Source: an uncultured Flavobacteriales bacterium
Lineage (GTDB): Bacteria > Bacteroidota > Bacteroidia > Flavobacteriales_D > CAJJDF01
Direction: 5' to 3'
Length of the DNA: 64,000 nt
Assembly: GCA_937129365.1 (NCBI GenBank)
Contig: CAKZNB010000049.1
Location: 133,498 to 197,497, forward strand
The translations under genes and the position numbers were made by a program. Shown here piece by piece: positions 62,801 through 64,000 of this stretch. Positions within the stretch are counted from its first letter, which is position 1; each line of letters begins with the position of its first letter. Below the pieces are notes generated by a model. That model was given only the letters and a program-made list of their open reading frames with translations, made no database searches and was not told the origin of the DNA.

Positions 62801-64000
62801 GGTTATGGAGGAGATGGAGGAAGAGGAGGAAATGGAGGAAGAGGGGGGAATGGGGGGAATGGAAGAGCTGGTGTTTCAATTGATGTTTATAGGGTAAGTG
62901 GATCTTTATTAACAACTCAGGTTACTACTTTTAATCTTGCTGGTCAATCTACTATCAATGTTTCTAATGTTAATTGTACCCAGACTAATGTAAATTACTC
63001 AACAGCCTCTCCAAATTCATGGGACTTTGATAGGGTTACTAATTTTGCAACACCAGCAACATCTGGAGCAACAACCTCTGCAAATACACAATATTCTCAA
63101 ATAGCTAGGTATACAGTTTCTAGTGGTGCTGATATTTATGAAGGCTTTCATAATATTTCTTTTACTGGTTCGGTTGCTCCAGAAATATCAACAAGTGCAG
63201 ATTCTATAGGTGTTGATACATTTCAACTTTGTCAAGGAGATTATGCAACTTTTGCAAGTGTTTCTTCTGGATTAACTTATATCTGGAATTTTAATGGGGC
63301 AATTGCAAATCCTGGATCTGGAATTCAAGTAGTTCCTTCCACACAATTTAATACTCCAGGATTTTATACCATCACACTAAGAACAACAAACGATTGTTGT
63401 GGGCTTTCTCCTACCAAAACAATTTATCTTTATGTAGATGTATTACCAACTGTATTTGCATCTGGAGCTGGATCTATTTGTGAAGGGGATAATAGAACTT
63501 TAAGTTTATTTGGTTTAACTGCTAGTGATAGTGTTGTTTGGTCTCCCATTACAAGTATTGTTTCTTCAACATCAACATCAACATCAAAAACTATTACGGT
63601 TAGTCCGTCAACAACTACAACCTATACTGCATCTATTTATACAAAAATAACTACAAATGGCGTAACAAGATTAAGTTGCCCTATTAGTCGACCTCTTACA
63701 ATAACAGTGAGTCCTAATCCTATTCTTAGCATGTCATCAACACAAGTTATTTGTAATAATGATGGTACTTCAACAGCAACTATAAGTTCAGGAGGAGGTT
63801 TATATAATTTTGTATGGTCAAATGGAGGCACCACATTTAATACAACTACATCAACCATTACAGGTTTAGGTGTAGGAAAATATGTTGTAACTGCGACAAA
63901 TACTATTACAGGTTGCTCTGTTACAGATTCTGTTGATGTTCTTCCCTCAGCTTTAGCTCCTACTATAGTTCTTCAAAGTTCTACACCTGCAACTTGTGGT
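59825..64000 (+). CDS. Giant cell-surface adhesin-like protein, 3' end beyond window (at least 1392 codons); not in the supplied ORF track
   Basis: Frame 2 is open from the stop at 59816-18 to the window end. TTG start gives signal peptide LKKTIKHIIFLLFGILLFFNNNSFS. N-terminal HLMGSTLSY..YTVTFKAYRDCGG motif typical of Bacteroidota type-B-sorted giants. Ig-like repeats, beta-helix-like YVSPSGS..GTYNF, glycine-rich tract. Confidence 0.85.
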   Translation, partial: MKKTIKHIIFLLFGILLFFNNNSFSTHLMGSTLSYSCIGPNQYTVTFKAYRDCGGIAMPSSFLISYSGCGNTGSLTATQISSADITPVCPSKSSNCGGGTGPIGVEEYIFQGTVTVPAGCSNILFSVSSCCRNGSVTNITSPSTNGFYTSSLLNNTISPCNSSPIFASAPTLFACVNQPVSFQQLATDPDGDVLVYSLTNCRQTTGTSVTYGGGFSGASPLTTPVTINPSTGDLSFTPNSIQIATVCVLVEEFRGAVKIGEIVRDMQIVVRNCFNALPSLSGINGASGVYSTNICEGAPLCFNVNASDTNSADNLTMTFSGIIPGSTFTQSGTGNNKTGTFCWTPPIGSVGSYVFSVLVNDDACPIIGQNSKTYTVNVVANSNPPIVASSDVTLCEGNSTTLTATNVAPTITWSPSLGLSTTSGTSTTATPLSTTTYTATAIYADGCRSSDDVVLTINQAPTTLITPTSANVCPGGNFTLTGTTNSTGMSFSWTRLNPFAIGLGSGTVSGTSSTIVVTVPTTPGTYNFRLRVTNPISGCVSEVTVPLTVGSAPPLGSCVNIYVSPSGSSSAAGSQANPTNLPEALTRSACQNAVIKMAMGTYNFSNPINIPSFVTIEGGFNPTTWVKTSQAGATTINRNTLNPEGVTNARRLVMFYGNSVSGFRFQDITITTSAANQSGMSTYGVHLTSCSNYDFVRTQILPGNASAGQAGGTGPTGGFSGGTGQHGSNFSTSTSAQVNGGAGGAGCNSSGSGGNVCTAPGINRGCNGFSGGGSALYWRGSGGGGGGGGGNEDRDGGRGGYGGSIAAGGGFAGRSQNNQPGPGPGCRSFGNWFGNETGCISSVSSTSTESGRCGRTGINGQNGTIGVLGSVGTYGVFYTPGGQGGQGGRGQGGQGGSGGGGGAGADGFLCADGTGAGGGGGGGGGCGGYGGLGGRGGGGSFGLYLVSNGTNGIVSQSYINAGTAGAGGNGGTGRIGTNGGLGGNGGNGGTSGGYGGDGGRGGNGGRGGNGGNGRAGVSIDVYRVSGSLLTTQVTTFNLAGQSTINVSNVNCTQTNVNYSTASPNSWDFDRVTNFATPATSGATTSANTQYSQIARYTVSSGADIYEGFHNISFTGSVAPEISTSADSIGVDTFQLCQGDYATFASVSSGLTYIWNFNGAIANPGSGIQVVPSTQFNTPGFYTITLRTTNDCCGLSPTKTIYLYVDVLPTVFASGAGSICEGDNRTLSLFGLTASDSVVWSPITSIVSSTSTSTSKTITVSPSTTTTYTASIYTKITTNGVTRLSCPISRPLTITVSPNPILSMSSTQVICNNDGTSTATISSGGGLYNFVWSNGGTTFNTTTSTITGLGVGKYVVTATNTITGCSVTDSVDVLPSALAPTIVLQSSTPATCG
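62168..62191 (+). repeat. In-frame trinucleotide microsatellite (GGT)8 encoding Gly8
   Basis: Read directly; in frame with the 59825 ORF. Confidence 0.95.
62573..62596 (+). repeat. In-frame trinucleotide microsatellite (GGA)8 (plus GGC) encoding Gly9
   Basis: Read directly; in frame with the 59825 ORF. Confidence 0.95.

Noticed and set aside
62022-62915. ORFs with poly-His, poly-Val and poly-Glu runs (62022..62360 -, 62124..62345 +, 62445..62660 +, 62700..62915 -).
   Set aside because: They are off-frame or antisense readings of the GGT/GGA-rich glycine tract of the 59825 ORF. The real frame is continuous through them.
1-64000. Search for tRNA, rRNA, tmRNA, CRISPR, IS transposases, phage integrases and riboswitches.
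   Set aside because: Visual scanning found no T-loop (GGTTCGAAT-like) or anticodon-arm pattern. It found no rRNA-like conserved blocks, no spaced repeat array, and no DDE or tyrosine-recombinase ORF. Absence is by eye only and should be confirmed with tRNAscan-SE, Infernal and ISfinder.

Overview
This is a visibly AT-rich chromosomal window from a Bacteroidota genome, most likely Flavobacteriia. The taxonomic guess rests on a T9SS type-B (CHU_C) sorting domain, SBBP/PKD adhesins, an S46 peptidase, TAnnTTTG-type -7 boxes and frequent 4-17 nt gene overlaps. Layout by region follows. (1) 1-17.97 kb is a surface-polysaccharide locus with a Wzx flippase, a pseB-led nonulosonic-acid gene set, a GT2 plus polytopic-membrane modification module and methyltransferases. 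(2) 18-28 kb holds housekeeping genes: nucleoside phosphorylase, clpB, a fasciclin lipoprotein, recR, an EEP-family enzyme, ytxJ, a hotdog thioesterase and rsmE. (3) 28.0-31.7 kb is an accessory insert of three unrelated same-strand genes: a GNAT, a Fic protein and a 472-aa PD-(D/E)xK-like protein. These genes are separated by ~190-bp structured palindromes whose fold and boundary complementarity look like integron attC sites and gene cassettes. This is the main finding; no integrase lies in the window. (4) 31.9-55.8 kb holds mixed core genes: dodecin, trmD, rplS, an OM barrel, LysE plus GH3, an OmpA-like protein, nhaC, an ECF-sigma operon, the S46 peptidase, a THUMP methyltransferase, a SurA-like PPIase and MoxR. 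(5) 55.9-64.0 kb encodes two giant T9SS-type surface proteins. The second (59825 to beyond 64000, TTG start, ~310-aa glycine-rich tract) is missing from the supplied ORF track because it has no stop in the window. I recognised no rRNA, tRNA, CRISPR array, transposase or integrase. All functional calls come from reading motifs by eye; no database search was run.
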